In this document: positions 9,167 to 19,441 of the stretch, piece after piece
How positions within the stretch are numbered: position 1 is the stretch's first letter
Layout of the letters: each line of letters begins with the position of its first letter
DNA from: an uncultured virus (IMG/VR IMGVR_UViG_3300025728_000289)
Taxonomy: Duplodnaviria; Heunggongvirae; Uroviricota; Caudoviricetes
Reading direction: 5' to 3' (one strand)
IMG/VR virus record: IMGVR_UViG_3300025728_000289
DNA length: 54,424 nt
Program-made: the position numbers and the translations under genes
The notes under the pieces: generated by a model
The model's input: the letters and a program-made list of their open reading frames with translations, nothing else
Told to the model about the DNA's origin: nothing
Database searches by the model: none

Positions 9167-9678
9167 GTAAACGAGTAATTATATCTCTCATTTCTCCACC
9201 TGGAGGAGGGAAAACAACTATACTTAAGCATTTGTCTGAGCATCACCAATTGCCCATACTGAGTTCGGGAGATATAGCGAGGCAAATGCAGAGGGATACA
9301 GAAACGAATTTCCTAATACAAGGGGGATTTGCTCCTGAAGAAGAGATGAGACGCAGACTCTTAGAATCCATTGAGACATTATTTGTCTCTAGCAACGTGA
9401 TACTGGCTGATGGGTTCCCGAGATTCGTTGACCAGCTGAATTGGTTGGAAAACTCTCTAGATGGCGTGGATATTGTATTGTACCACTTGGATGTGCCATT
9501 GGACAAATGTAGAGACAGACTGCAGTCTCGCAATCGTTCTGATGACAATGAAGAAACTATAGAGGCAAGATTCAAACAATATACTGAACAAACAGAGCCA
9601 ATTGTCACTTCGCGACATCTGCGACGGTACAATTATGATTTTGTGACTCAAGTAATTCTTGCGGCAAAGAAAAATTAG
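9163..9678 (+). CDS. Adenylate kinase-like NMP kinase (short, no LID domain)
   Basis: SPPGGGKTT, SSGDIAR, DGFPR, RSDDNEE. Confidence 0.82.
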   Translation: MSKRVIISLISPPGGGKTTILKHLSEHHQLPILSSGDIARQMQRDTETNFLIQGGFAPEEEMRRRLLESIETLFVSSNVILADGFPRFVDQLNWLENSLDGVDIVLYHLDVPLDKCRDRLQSRNRSDDNEETIEARFKQYTEQTEPIVTSRHLRRYNYDFVTQVILAAKKN

Positions 9679-9691
9679 GAGGTTTAATACA

Positions 9692-10693
9692 ATGCAAATG
9701 TGCTATCTTGCAGGTGCTATCGATATGGTTATTCCAGAACAGGCTAGAGGTTGGAGAGACAATGTCTCTAAAGTGTTAAACGATCATGGCATCCACACTT
9801 TTGATCCAGCTTCTGCTTTTAATCTATCTCGTAAGGATAGCGAGACATGGTTGTCCAAAACAGATATGGTTATCAAACTAAACAACATGGCCTTAGACAG
9901 TTCCGAGATTATGCTGGCCGAAATGGAATTTAATTGCCAGCATACAGGCACTACCCGCGAACTTATTCGTGCCAGTGAACAAGATGGGAAGCTTGTTGTG
10001 GTGTGGAACTCAAGCGAGTATACTCCCCTATATCTCACAGATATCCCCAATCTTGTTATCAAATCTACACTGGCAGAGTGTGTGGAATATATTATCGAAA
10101 AAATAACAGGGGTCGCTCCTAGTCCCGACGTATGCCGTTCTGTATTGGAAACTAAAGTGGACAAACCTGCCATTAAAGTTATGCTGACTGAAAAGCATCC
10201 TTTAATGATCGCAAAAGAACGTGGTGAAATTTCCGATATTGATCCTTCAATGCTGTTATTCAAGAAACACAGCGATGATACTGGGTATGACATTATGTGC
10301 ACTGAGAACGTGACAGTACCTCCAGGGGGAAAAGTACAAGTGCCAACACATTTGGCTATCCAGCCGCCAAAAGGTTACTGGTATCGTTTGGTTGCTAGAT
10401 CCTCAACATTCCATGTCCATGAGATGCTGGTGGTAGAAGGCATCATCGATACACAATTCCGAGGTGTGTTGTACTGCAACATTCAGAACATGAGCAATGA
10501 GACTAAGACAATCCGTGCTGGTGATTCTGTGGCCCAACTGATATTCCATGAGATCGTAGGCGAACATTGGGATGTGTCAGTGCACGACTCTCTGGATGCT
10601 ACGGATCGTGGTGAAGGTGGATTCGGAAGTACAACTGCTTCTAAAGACTTTATCGTGGAGATGTACCAAAAATACGCTTCCGTGACGGTTTAA
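9692..10693 (+). CDS. Fusion of a nucleoside 2-deoxyribosyltransferase-like (NDT/DNPH1) domain and a trimeric dUTPase-like domain
   Basis: N-terminal YLAGAID..WR..FDP..GTTRE; C-terminal GYDI, ARSS, GIIDTQFRG, AQL, RGEGGFGST. RBS AGGAGG. Confidence 0.82.
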   Translation: MQMCYLAGAIDMVIPEQARGWRDNVSKVLNDHGIHTFDPASAFNLSRKDSETWLSKTDMVIKLNNMALDSSEIMLAEMEFNCQHTGTTRELIRASEQDGKLVVVWNSSEYTPLYLTDIPNLVIKSTLAECVEYIIEKITGVAPSPDVCRSVLETKVDKPAIKVMLTEKHPLMIAKERGEISDIDPSMLLFKKHSDDTGYDIMCTENVTVPPGGKVQVPTHLAIQPPKGYWYRLVARSSTFHVHEMLVVEGIIDTQFRGVLYCNIQNMSNETKTIRAGDSVAQLIFHEIVGEHWDVSVHDSLDATDRGEGGFGSTTASKDFIVEMYQKYASVTV

Positions 10694-10715
10694 CGTACCG
10701 ATTGTTCTTTTTTGA

Positions 10716-10750
10716 AAAGGGGGATTCCCAATGTGGGGATCCCCCTTTTT
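10716..10750 (+). terminator. Terminator ending the nucleotide metabolism operon
   Basis: AAAAGGGGATTCCC...GGGGATCCCCCTTTTT. Confidence 0.75.
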
Positions 10751-10760
10751 CTGGTTAAAT

Positions 10761-10827
10761 ATTGTAATTATTGTGGGTATGTATATATACATGATTTAAT
10801 AAGAATATAAGTTGATATTAAGTGGCA
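10761..10827 (+). promoter_or_regulatory. Conserved regulatory block upstream of the conjugation operon (copy 1)
   Basis: Colinear with 29742-29807: ATTGTAATTATTG, GTATGTA, CATG, TAAT, TATAA, TGGCA. Confidence 0.6.
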
Positions 10828-10954
10828 GATAGAGTGATATAGTAGGACATAATGAACTAACGAAAATATACTGTAATGATTGTACTAAAATACAGTGTAT
10901 GCTATAATGGCGATAGTAGTTCATACGAATGTGTGGAAGGAGATGATAAAGCCA

Positions 10955-11611
10955 ATGATGGGCCACACACATTTCACATTCGGTGCATTATTCGCAGCTG
11001 TCGCTGTCAACACTGGGCATGCGGAACCGACAGTGGCCTTTTTTCTTGGCTCATTAATAGGTTCACTAGCTCCAGATTTAGATCACCCGCAGGCAATGTT
11101 GTCCAAAAAAATACCATTGAGTGGAGCGACAATAGGATTTCTCAGGCATAGAACGCTAACGCATTCTTTGGTTGGACTGGCTATAGCCTATTCTATAGGG
11201 AAATACTTAGTACCCCTACTCCTAAGCAAGTTATGGTCTTTATTGATGACAAGCTTACCTGGGCAAGTAGACACATTGCTCCAGATCCAAGACCTAAGTG
11301 CTACATACTTCGGATCCGGATTTTTGTGGGGGTTCATGCTGGGATATATCAGTCACATTTTTATAGACTTGTTCAATCCCATGGGTGTCCAACTATTTTA
11401 TCCCTTCGAGTTTCTGCCGAATAGAGGATGGGTTAATCCACCTTTTGGTCTTGGGATAGGAACGGGCACTATTTGGGAACTGATGTTTGCAGTAGTGAGT
11501 TTGCTCATTACCACATACGTTAGTCCCATGACCGGTTTATCTGTGGGTATATTAGTCTTTATATTCTGGTACCTCATAGGAAAACCCGGTCTTCCAAGAT
11601 ATAGACTTTAG
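10955..11611 (+). CDS. YdjM-family membrane metal-dependent hydrolase
   Basis: MGHTH, PDLD, HRTLTHS, SHIFID motifs; TM segments. Confidence 0.85.
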   Translation: MMGHTHFTFGALFAAVAVNTGHAEPTVAFFLGSLIGSLAPDLDHPQAMLSKKIPLSGATIGFLRHRTLTHSLVGLAIAYSIGKYLVPLLLSKLWSLLMTSLPGQVDTLLQIQDLSATYFGSGFLWGFMLGYISHIFIDLFNPMGVQLFYPFEFLPNRGWVNPPFGLGIGTGTIWELMFAVVSLLITTYVSPMTGLSVGILVFIFWYLIGKPGLPRYRL

Positions 11612-11629
11612 TTAGGAGGATGTAGAACA

Positions 11630-12490
11630 ATGTTGCGTATCAATCCAAGAGTAATACCAAGGATAATAGCTTGGCTATTGCTAGTATTTATTGCAGGTGC
11701 TCTGTTGATTAATATTCTAGGCGGGAAGGAACAGGTGACTGAAGAGTCCCAGTCCAATCTCGATGATCAGATCTCCAGCATCGCGGTAGCTTTTACCAAG
11801 CAATGGATGACTCTAGAAGAGAAAGAAACACCTGATGTATTCCGGAAGAGAATCGAACCTTATGTAACACCTGCCCTACTAACTAATCAAGCCGGTAGGA
11901 CGAATGTTACTAATGTAACGAGTCAACGGGTCATTGACGCTTGGATGAAGTCTTACACGAAACTCGATGCTACTCATTTCACAGCAGATGTAGTGGTTTA
12001 TGTATCCTCTAACAACATTAAGGCCTATAAAGTGGTAAATGTCCCACTGGCACTTAATGCAGAAACCAATCAGCTTGTCGTGAATGAAAGACCGAGTTTT
12101 TCACCAGTGATAGCCACTAGTGATGTGGGAAGCATGGACTTTGGTAAACAAGTGAATGTAGCTAACACAGATCAATTAAGAGTAACACTTTCCAATTTCT
12201 TCCAGAAGTATCTTGGTTCTTCAGATCCTGCTGAGTTATCGAACTTCCTAATGGATAGTTCCAAAAACACCATTATGCCGAAAGGTGGATTGGTGGAATT
12301 TAAAAACATAGTAACCATGCAGACATTCTTAATGGGGTCTGCAACCGAAGAATCAACTGTTAAAATGTATTTGGCTAGAGTAACGGTAGCTACACAAGAT
12401 GTTTTCTCTAACAGTGTGGTGGAGTCCGACTACAGCTTGATGATACAAGAACAAGGTGATAAATACCTGATACAGAAAATATCGCCTTAA
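11630..12490 (+). CDS. Conjugal transfer protein, TcpC/VirB8-like
   Basis: Single N-terminal TM, about 290 aa, AVAFTKQW and NFFQKY patterns, position before the VirB2/TcpE/VirB4 genes. Confidence 0.7.
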   Translation: MLRINPRVIPRIIAWLLLVFIAGALLINILGGKEQVTEESQSNLDDQISSIAVAFTKQWMTLEEKETPDVFRKRIEPYVTPALLTNQAGRTNVTNVTSQRVIDAWMKSYTKLDATHFTADVVVYVSSNNIKAYKVVNVPLALNAETNQLVVNERPSFSPVIATSDVGSMDFGKQVNVANTDQLRVTLSNFFQKYLGSSDPAELSNFLMDSSKNTIMPKGGLVEFKNIVTMQTFLMGSATEESTVKMYLARVTVATQDVFSNSVVESDYSLMIQEQGDKYLIQKISP

Positions 12491-12511
12491 CTAAACCTAG
12501 GAGGAATTATT

Positions 12512-12880
12512 ATGACTACTCAAAAAATGTTGAAAATTGTAATGATTGCCCTGATGGCGCTTGTTATTGGACTCTCCTTTGCGGCACCTAATGTGGCACT
12601 TGCAGATGGTTTTACAGATGCTCCGACTAGCTTGACAGACACTAGCGGAACAGGAACAGACAGTCCGGTAGGTAAACTTGGTGGATGGGTAGCTCAACAA
12701 TTGATGTACCTCTACGCTTTGATGGTAGCTGTAGTTTCCATCGTCTTTGTTGTTAAACACGAATACAGCAAACTGGTGGCGTTCTTGGTAATTGCGATCA
12801 TCGTTGCTATCCCTATCTTCGCACCAAACGTAATCCCATCCATCGCTGAGTCCATCTCCAAAGCGATCACAGGAAAATAA
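12512..12880 (+). CDS. VirB2/TcpD-like conjugative pilin-type membrane protein
   Basis: Signal peptide (ALA|D) plus two TM helices, strong RBS, T4SS context. Confidence 0.6.
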   Translation: MTTQKMLKIVMIALMALVIGLSFAAPNVALADGFTDAPTSLTDTSGTGTDSPVGKLGGWVAQQLMYLYALMVAVVSIVFVVKHEYSKLVAFLVIAIIVAIPIFAPNVIPSIAESISKAITGK

Positions 12881-12952
12881 GTTTAGCATTAATTGGCAAC
12901 CTTCGGGTTGCCAATCTGCTATCTACATAACGTGCTTGAGGAGGTAAATAGT

Positions 12953-13696
12953 GTGTCGAACAAGAGAGTTGGACCTTTCAGTAGTTACAAAAGCTTATTC
13001 AAAATACAACACGTTATTTACAAATTAGGAAACATAAGACTCTGGGGTTTTGGGGTCAGTTTTGACCAGTTGATCACTGGTGCTGTCGTAGCAGCCTTTT
13101 TGATGGCTCTCTATGCTATATTCCCTTTGCTAAATTACTTTTTCATTAATAAGTGGATAGTTATAGTTGTCGCTTTTTTAGCTTCCATGTGGGCGAGCGC
13201 AAGGTACGAATTAGGCGGTAAGTCAATCCTCATGTGGACAATAGGAATAATTCTTTGGTCTGTAAGAGGTAAATACACCGCGCGTGGTCGTACTATTAAA
13301 AAGCCACGGTACAAGAAAGAAGGAATATACTTTTATGCGTCATCCCGTCGTGTAGAAACAACGAGCACAGGTGCTCAAAGGTGTGTAACACCTGCAGTGA
13401 TTAGCTACGATCAGTTAGAGCATATAAAGGTTTCAGGTGCACACAAACTTCGCATAGATCCAAGCGGCAAGCATATAAAAATAACTCCCCTACGACAGGC
13501 TAAGAAAAGTGCCATAGTGGATGGAGAGATGATCCTCTTACCTAAGAAAAAGATAAGCTCTTTGACAACCCCTGATGTTCCGATCATCATAGATAACACA
13601 CTCATTATTTCCCAACCAGCATCCTCTCCAAAAAAGGTAGTGAAACACAAACCAAAATATGGGATGGCGCTGTTTGTGGAAGAAAACAATTCGTAA
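12953..13696 (+). CDS. TcpE/VirB3-like conjugal transfer membrane protein
   Basis: SYKSLFKIQHVIYKLG N-terminal pattern, two TMs, GGKS, directly upstream of VirB4. Confidence 0.7.
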   Translation: MSNKRVGPFSSYKSLFKIQHVIYKLGNIRLWGFGVSFDQLITGAVVAAFLMALYAIFPLLNYFFINKWIVIVVAFLASMWASARYELGGKSILMWTIGIILWSVRGKYTARGRTIKKPRYKKEGIYFYASSRRVETTSTGAQRCVTPAVISYDQLEHIKVSGAHKLRIDPSGKHIKITPLRQAKKSAIVDGEMILLPKKKISSLTTPDVPIIIDNTLIISQPASSPKKVVKHKPKYGMALFVEENNS

Positions 13697-13724
13697 ACAA
13701 TCTAATTTAGGCGGTGAATGTACA

Positions 13725-16199
13725 ATGAAGTTTCCAATAATCTTCTGGCAACAAAACATTATATTTGACAACAAGCGAAGAGCTTTCGCTGTCTATAAAT
13801 TGCCACTGATAAATTATGCTCTGTTATCTATAAACGATAAGATTGGCGCGATGTACAATCTGAGAGAATTAGTGTACAATGCGCAAGGAGAATACCATAT
13901 TTTGTCTCTTTGTCGTGATTTTGATATCGGAACATATGAGGAACAGCTTAGCAGCTTGCAAAGGGATGATCTCAAGACTACAGATCAATCTCTACCTCAG
14001 GAATTCAGAGACCATGTAGTCGCAACATATAATGGACTGTCAAATAGGAAGCCGTGGAATCGGCACCTATACATCTTAAAGCAAATACCGCTTAAAAACG
14101 TGTTGTTGCAAGTCAAAAGCTTGCATCACCTAAAATCCAACGTGCGAGGATTGGCTAGTTCCCTAATAGATATGTTCGTGCCGTCTGAGCCAACCATCCC
14201 AGAGCAATTGTTAGAAGCAGCTATGATGCAGGAAGATACAATCGCACAAGATATTCGGAATGGTATGGGGGGACAACGGGCTGATTCTAAAGATATTGAG
14301 TGGATGATCAGACATAACCTTTTCCGCTCACTTGGTGAACCTGAAGTTACTTCGGATTGGGCTCCTGCTTCGGTTGTAGAAGTAGCAGGTACTGGTAAAA
14401 AACTCATTCCTATGAAAAATGAGATAGTTTCCCACATAGATGACACCTTCATGTATGAAGGATTAGATCATGTGAAGATAGATCATGTGGATGGGGAACA
14501 CAAAGGTAAAGAATCCTACCAAGCCTTTTTAGCTCTCACGAATTATCCCGAACATTTACGTTTTCCAGGGTTAGAGTTCTACCAATGGTTGGACGAATTC
14601 TCTTTCCCAGTTGACATCAGTATTAGGCTGAATAGTTATGAAAGCAAACATGCACAAATGAAATTGTCAGGAAAGATGAAAGAGTTGCAAGATCAAAAAG
14701 AACAACACGCCAACTCTACGACAGGTGTACCCCTACATATTCATGAGAATGAGTATAAAGGTAAAGACTTGGAAGGCAAAATTAAAAGTGGAATGCCATT
14801 ACTGGATGTGACAACGGTCTTTTGTATAGCAGCATCAGATAAAGAGACCCTGGAAAAGCGTGTAGATGAAGTAATGGGATGGTATCGTCCAAGACAGTTC
14901 AAATTGGTACGGACACCTGGAGATCAGAAAAAGTTCTTTTCCACCTTTATACCGACATACGATGTGAAATTGAAAGAGCACACTGTGGCCATGGATCCTG
15001 AATTCTTCGCTTCAGGCATGATGAACGCATCTAAACAAATTGGTGATCCGAAAGGATTCTACTTGGGGGATAATGTCAGTGGCTCAATGGCTCCTGTACT
15101 CATGCACCCTCTACGAGGGCCAAGATTGCTCAATAGATCTGCGGCTCTAGGCATATTAGGTACACTTGGAGGCGGTAAGTCAGTAACTAGGAAGTATATC
15201 TTGTATGCGGCAATGACTATATGGGGAGCTAAGGTCATTTCGATTGACCCCAAAAATGAGGATTTCTGTTTCTCCCTCATACCCGAAATAGCGAAAAACA
15301 TGAAACAAGTAGACCTTGGTCCAGGATCAAGCATCACTATTAATCCATTTCACATAAGTCCTGTGGAAGCAACCTCGAGATCGATAGTCACAGACTTGCT
15401 GTTCATGCTTTTAAATGCCGAGAGTGACGACAAAGAAGTACGACAAATGGCTATACACAAAGCACTTGGGTATGTAATGGAAAAAACACGATCTGAGAGA
15501 CATATGGATGCTGTAATTGAAGCACTAACGCGAGTGAACTCAGAAGAAGGCCTAGATACGGGGATAAGGGATGAAGCCAATAGATGTAAGTTGTTGCTGG
15601 AATCCTTCAAAGAACTGAATTATTCTAGTCTGTTGTTCTCCAAAGAGAGTAATATTGATGCCTCTGCTCAACTGACAGTATTCAACTTCGCAGGTCTTCC
15701 ATTGCCAGCAGACAAAAATTCAAAAATGTCAAATTCCGAAAAATTTGGTGCTGCTATCCTCTACCTAGTAACATCGTTCTCTCGAGAAGTGCTGATGTCC
15801 AAAGAATACAGAAGTCTGTTGAAAATTCTGTCGATTGACGAAGCTTGGAAAATGATGATGACTCCAGAGGGAATCCGATTGATCACAGAGATTATACGTA
15901 TGGGTCGGTCGATGGGTATTATGCCTATCATTGCAACTCAGAATGCCAATGACCTAAGCGGAACAGATATTCGAAACAATCTAGGAATGATTATGATGTT
16001 CCGTAATCCTGACAAAACGGAAATAGAGCAGTGTCTTGAAATGATCGGACTAGATAAAGAAGACGAGCACTTAAAAGAACGTATACCAAACTTCAAATCT
16101 GGTCAATGCATATTCCGAGATATAGAGGGACGTATAGGAGAGATCCAAGTACGACCTCGGCCTGGCAGATTGTTGGATGTATTTAATACATCTGTGTGA
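13725..16199 (+). CDS. virB4: VirB4-like conjugation ATPase (TcpF/ConE type)
   Basis: Walker A GTLGGGKS, IDPKNE, Walker B IDEAW, RMGRS, TQN, GQCIFRDIEGRIG. Confidence 0.9.
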   Translation: MKFPIIFWQQNIIFDNKRRAFAVYKLPLINYALLSINDKIGAMYNLRELVYNAQGEYHILSLCRDFDIGTYEEQLSSLQRDDLKTTDQSLPQEFRDHVVATYNGLSNRKPWNRHLYILKQIPLKNVLLQVKSLHHLKSNVRGLASSLIDMFVPSEPTIPEQLLEAAMMQEDTIAQDIRNGMGGQRADSKDIEWMIRHNLFRSLGEPEVTSDWAPASVVEVAGTGKKLIPMKNEIVSHIDDTFMYEGLDHVKIDHVDGEHKGKESYQAFLALTNYPEHLRFPGLEFYQWLDEFSFPVDISIRLNSYESKHAQMKLSGKMKELQDQKEQHANSTTGVPLHIHENEYKGKDLEGKIKSGMPLLDVTTVFCIAASDKETLEKRVDEVMGWYRPRQFKLVRTPGDQKKFFSTFIPTYDVKLKEHTVAMDPEFFASGMMNASKQIGDPKGFYLGDNVSGSMAPVLMHPLRGPRLLNRSAALGILGTLGGGKSVTRKYILYAAMTIWGAKVISIDPKNEDFCFSLIPEIAKNMKQVDLGPGSSITINPFHISPVEATSRSIVTDLLFMLLNAESDDKEVRQMAIHKALGYVMEKTRSERHMDAVIEALTRVNSEEGLDTGIRDEANRCKLLLESFKELNYSSLLFSKESNIDASAQLTVFNFAGLPLPADKNSKMSNSEKFGAAILYLVTSFSREVLMSKEYRSLLKILSIDEAWKMMMTPEGIRLITEIIRMGRSMGIMPIIATQNANDLSGTDIRNNLGMIMMFRNPDKTEIEQCLEMIGLDKEDEHLKERIPNFKSGQCIFRDIEGRIGEIQVRPRPGRLLDVFNTSV

Positions 16200-16224
16200 T
16201 TTAATTAACTTGGAGGTGAAAAAC

Positions 16225-19200
16225 TTGGACAGTCTTAGAAAGCATAAGAAGGCCACAGCGGCCTTCTTGACCTTCATACTCTTGATCACTTTTCTTATCT
16301 TCCCGCCCAATGCAAAAGCAGCAGAAGATAAGAGTAAGGCAAATGGTGAAAACACCACATCCAGTGTTTTCTGGTCTTCAAAAGATATGTTGGGATCTGT
16401 ACCTCCCAACACATTGATATTACATGAACAATATCCTAATACCTTCTCAAGATACAGTTTGGATGCACCCCTCAATCTCAAAGTATATGACAAGACTCCG
16501 TGGTGGAAACCCAATGTAGTTAAACGGGTGGAAGATGCTGCGAACACTTGGTCTCTGACTAGAATACTCACAGTTATCGCGGATTTTGGCTTTAGTTTGG
16601 TCAAGCTCATGACGACAATCTCCATCTATGTGATTCAGATTTCAATGGGGGCACAGTGGTCTAGTGCGCTATTTTCCCTCTTTGGGGCGATAGCAAAGGT
16701 CATAGGTGTCACGCTCGTGACTAAGAATCTATTTTACTTAGCGATGATCTGTTTAGGTGGTTACTTAGTATTCCAAGGTCTAATCAAGAGAAAACTTGGT
16801 ACAACATTAAGTGAGACAGCACTAAGCATAGCTTTACTGGCATTCACCATAATATTTATCACTAACCCAGGAAAAGTCATGGGTGGTGTAAACTCAGGTA
16901 CCGATCTCATAGGAACTTGGATATTGCAAATAGCTGTTTCTCAAGATAGTACTGAGAATATCAATAGTGCTATAAAAGATGACAACTATGTGACAAATAA
17001 TAACATTGACAACCAAGTTACTGCCAGCACCAGTTTGTCTGATCTGAAAAATGCCGCTATAGTGCAAATAACTAATAAATTGTGGGCGCTTCAAGTACGT
17101 GCGCCATGGGATATACTACAGTTTGGTCAACTCGATGTAAATGTCAATGACCCACAAAAGATACGTGAAGATGGTGGAGTAAAAATACATGAGTATGAAA
17201 TCGATGCAATACTGAAAATCCTAGAAAATAACTCTGTTGAAATTGGTGACGGTGTATCTTCAGATAAACCAGATGCGCAGAAACTGAAAGAAAAAGGTAT
17301 AGCGGCTGGAGAAAGTTGGGGTAATGCTATACTGGGCCTGAGTGCAGGAGAAGGTGAATTGCGTTCCATCCTAGTCAGTGTGTTAGGCAATAAAGGAACT
17401 GGCGAAGGTAAAGGAGAAGCAGTCTCGATGCATAATGGCGCTGTAGAAGCACTAAATGACGGAGGAACAAAGATATTCGTAGTATTGATACTGCTCATAA
17501 CTACAGCACTAACTACATTCTTCATTTGTACAATCGCTCTAGGATTGTTCTTAGCACAGTTGATCGTATTGATAGCAATGGTTGTGGGACCTTTTGTCTT
17601 GATGTTGTCTGCACTGCCACAGTTTGGGCACAGATACATCAAAAACTGGGGGCTAATTACACTAGGCGCTTTCGGAACCAAGATTATATACTTTACTCTA
17701 ATGGCAATAATGTTCTTGCTAATTTCCACACTTATGACTCTAGCTTTCGACATAAACACACTGGGGTTGGATGAGCAAACAAAGAGCCAGCTTAACATGT
17801 TTTCTCCTGATGGCACAACATCCTTACTACTTGTCCAAGTTCTTGTCATACTTGTCATGTATGGTCTATCCGTGTTCAGGAAAAAGATGTTCCAAAAGAA
17901 CACTTCCGGCACATTTGGCGTAGCGGGTGCACTCATACACAACACAGCAAGTGGCGGAAACTGGGGCCAAAGCATGAGTGTAGTACGAGAATCCATGCAA
18001 GGGCAGTCATATGGACAATATGTCGTTGGTAGTAGAGAAAACCGTAAGTTTAATAAAGATATGGGATTCAATAACAATCGCCAATTAAACAAAGGAAATG
18101 ATGCTGATTCACGTAGAGATGATGAAAACACATATGGATCCTCTGCTGATGAGAAACAAGGAACAGGAAATGAATCTTTGCAGAATAATGGAGAGAATGT
18201 GCAACAACTGGGACAAGGCGAAGGTAATCCCGACTACACAGATGAGAACGGCGCAGATGCTCCAGGTGCAGGGGGTACATCACCTAACAATAAGGACACT
18301 GATGACTATGAATTTAACAACGGAGCCAATGCTAGTGAAGGTTCTGGGTCACAGAAAGAGAATAGGCTGAACTGCCCTATCAACGGAGCCACATGTAGTA
18401 ATGAATCTGTTGCCTATGGCAGTGGTAGTTCAATGTGTTCTGTAACCGGCAAAGTTTGCCCATACAGAAATATGGCAGAAACTGAGCACTACAGTCAAAT
18501 GATGCAACTGCGACGTCAACGAAATGCTAGCAATACAACCGACTCAGTAGCAGCAAGTAACGGGCCGAGGAGGAACGCTGGAAGCAGTACGGAAGGTACA
18601 AATACACCAACAAACTCTGGAGAAACTCAGTACCCCAATAACACTCGCATGCGGTCCGTACAAGAGAACGGAGAAGGAACTCAACAACCGAACAACACTC
18701 GTGTACGATCTGTACAGGATGGGGATACAGGTATTGACGGATCTGGACGTGGCGTGGTAATATCCGAGGGTACAGTTAATGGGGTTAATATTGTTGGTTC
18801 ACGTAGGAACACGTATAGTGATGAAGATGATCATGATTTCGATGACTCCCGTTCCTCAGATGAATTCCTGAGTTCCCGTGGAAGAAGTCATAATAGCATA
18901 TCCATAACCGGTGGCAATGTGAATGCAGAGAACATTTTTGTTGCAGATCAAGCTACCGTACACCAAGATGGATCCGTTTCTGCTAGTCCGAATAGACGAG
19001 ATTATACAGGTAATGACGAGGTCGCCGCTACACGCGAATCCGCAAAACCTCAGTCGCCAGCTCGTGATCAGGATAAACAAAATACATCCAAGAAGGCAAA
19101 AGAAAACACAACTGACAAGTCAGCAAACAAAAAACCTGCGGGAGGGAATACAGAACCTCCAAAACCACCTGTACAGCGTAGTAGCAACAAAACGGAAGAT

Positions 19201-19380
19201 AAACCGCAACAAAGCAAGAATAACTCATCTTCTGGCAAAGATCAGTCACCACAGCCACCTAGAGGAGTAAGAGTTAACCCACAGTCAACAAATGAAGGAT
19301 CAAGACAAACTGACAATGACTTTATCCCTGGTGACCGTGGCTTAGGCCGTGGTCCTGGACCCGGATCGAGTCAAGAATAA
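16225..19380 (+). CDS. VirB6-like (TcpH/ConG) polytopic membrane protein with long low-complexity tail
   Basis: Multiple TMs, LWALQVRAPWDILQFG motif, position after VirB4. Confidence 0.75.
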   Translation: MDSLRKHKKATAAFLTFILLITFLIFPPNAKAAEDKSKANGENTTSSVFWSSKDMLGSVPPNTLILHEQYPNTFSRYSLDAPLNLKVYDKTPWWKPNVVKRVEDAANTWSLTRILTVIADFGFSLVKLMTTISIYVIQISMGAQWSSALFSLFGAIAKVIGVTLVTKNLFYLAMICLGGYLVFQGLIKRKLGTTLSETALSIALLAFTIIFITNPGKVMGGVNSGTDLIGTWILQIAVSQDSTENINSAIKDDNYVTNNNIDNQVTASTSLSDLKNAAIVQITNKLWALQVRAPWDILQFGQLDVNVNDPQKIREDGGVKIHEYEIDAILKILENNSVEIGDGVSSDKPDAQKLKEKGIAAGESWGNAILGLSAGEGELRSILVSVLGNKGTGEGKGEAVSMHNGAVEALNDGGTKIFVVLILLITTALTTFFICTIALGLFLAQLIVLIAMVVGPFVLMLSALPQFGHRYIKNWGLITLGAFGTKIIYFTLMAIMFLLISTLMTLAFDINTLGLDEQTKSQLNMFSPDGTTSLLLVQVLVILVMYGLSVFRKKMFQKNTSGTFGVAGALIHNTASGGNWGQSMSVVRESMQGQSYGQYVVGSRENRKFNKDMGFNNNRQLNKGNDADSRRDDENTYGSSADEKQGTGNESLQNNGENVQQLGQGEGNPDYTDENGADAPGAGGTSPNNKDTDDYEFNNGANASEGSGSQKENRLNCPINGATCSNESVAYGSGSSMCSVTGKVCPYRNMAETEHYSQMMQLRRQRNASNTTDSVAASNGPRRNAGSSTEGTNTPTNSGETQYPNNTRMRSVQENGEGTQQPNNTRVRSVQDGDTGIDGSGRGVVISEGTVNGVNIVGSRRNTYSDEDDHDFDDSRSSDEFLSSRGRSHNSISITGGNVNAENIFVADQATVHQDGSVSASPNRRDYTGNDEVAATRESAKPQSPARDQDKQNTSKKAKENTTDKSANKKPAGGNTEPPKPPVQRSSNKTEDKPQQSKNNSSSGKDQSPQPPRGVRVNPQSTNEGSRQTDNDFIPGDRGLGRGPGPGSSQE

Positions 19381-19441
19381 TAACTGACGTGGGGGAAGGG
19401 GCGTATGTGTCCCTTCCCCTCATTTATAGGGAGGGATATGC

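Noticed and set aside
17127..18131. Long antisense ORFs (also 23486-24130, 9784-10302, 46617-47204 and others)
   Set aside because: Shadow frames of well-supported genes, without RBS or motifs
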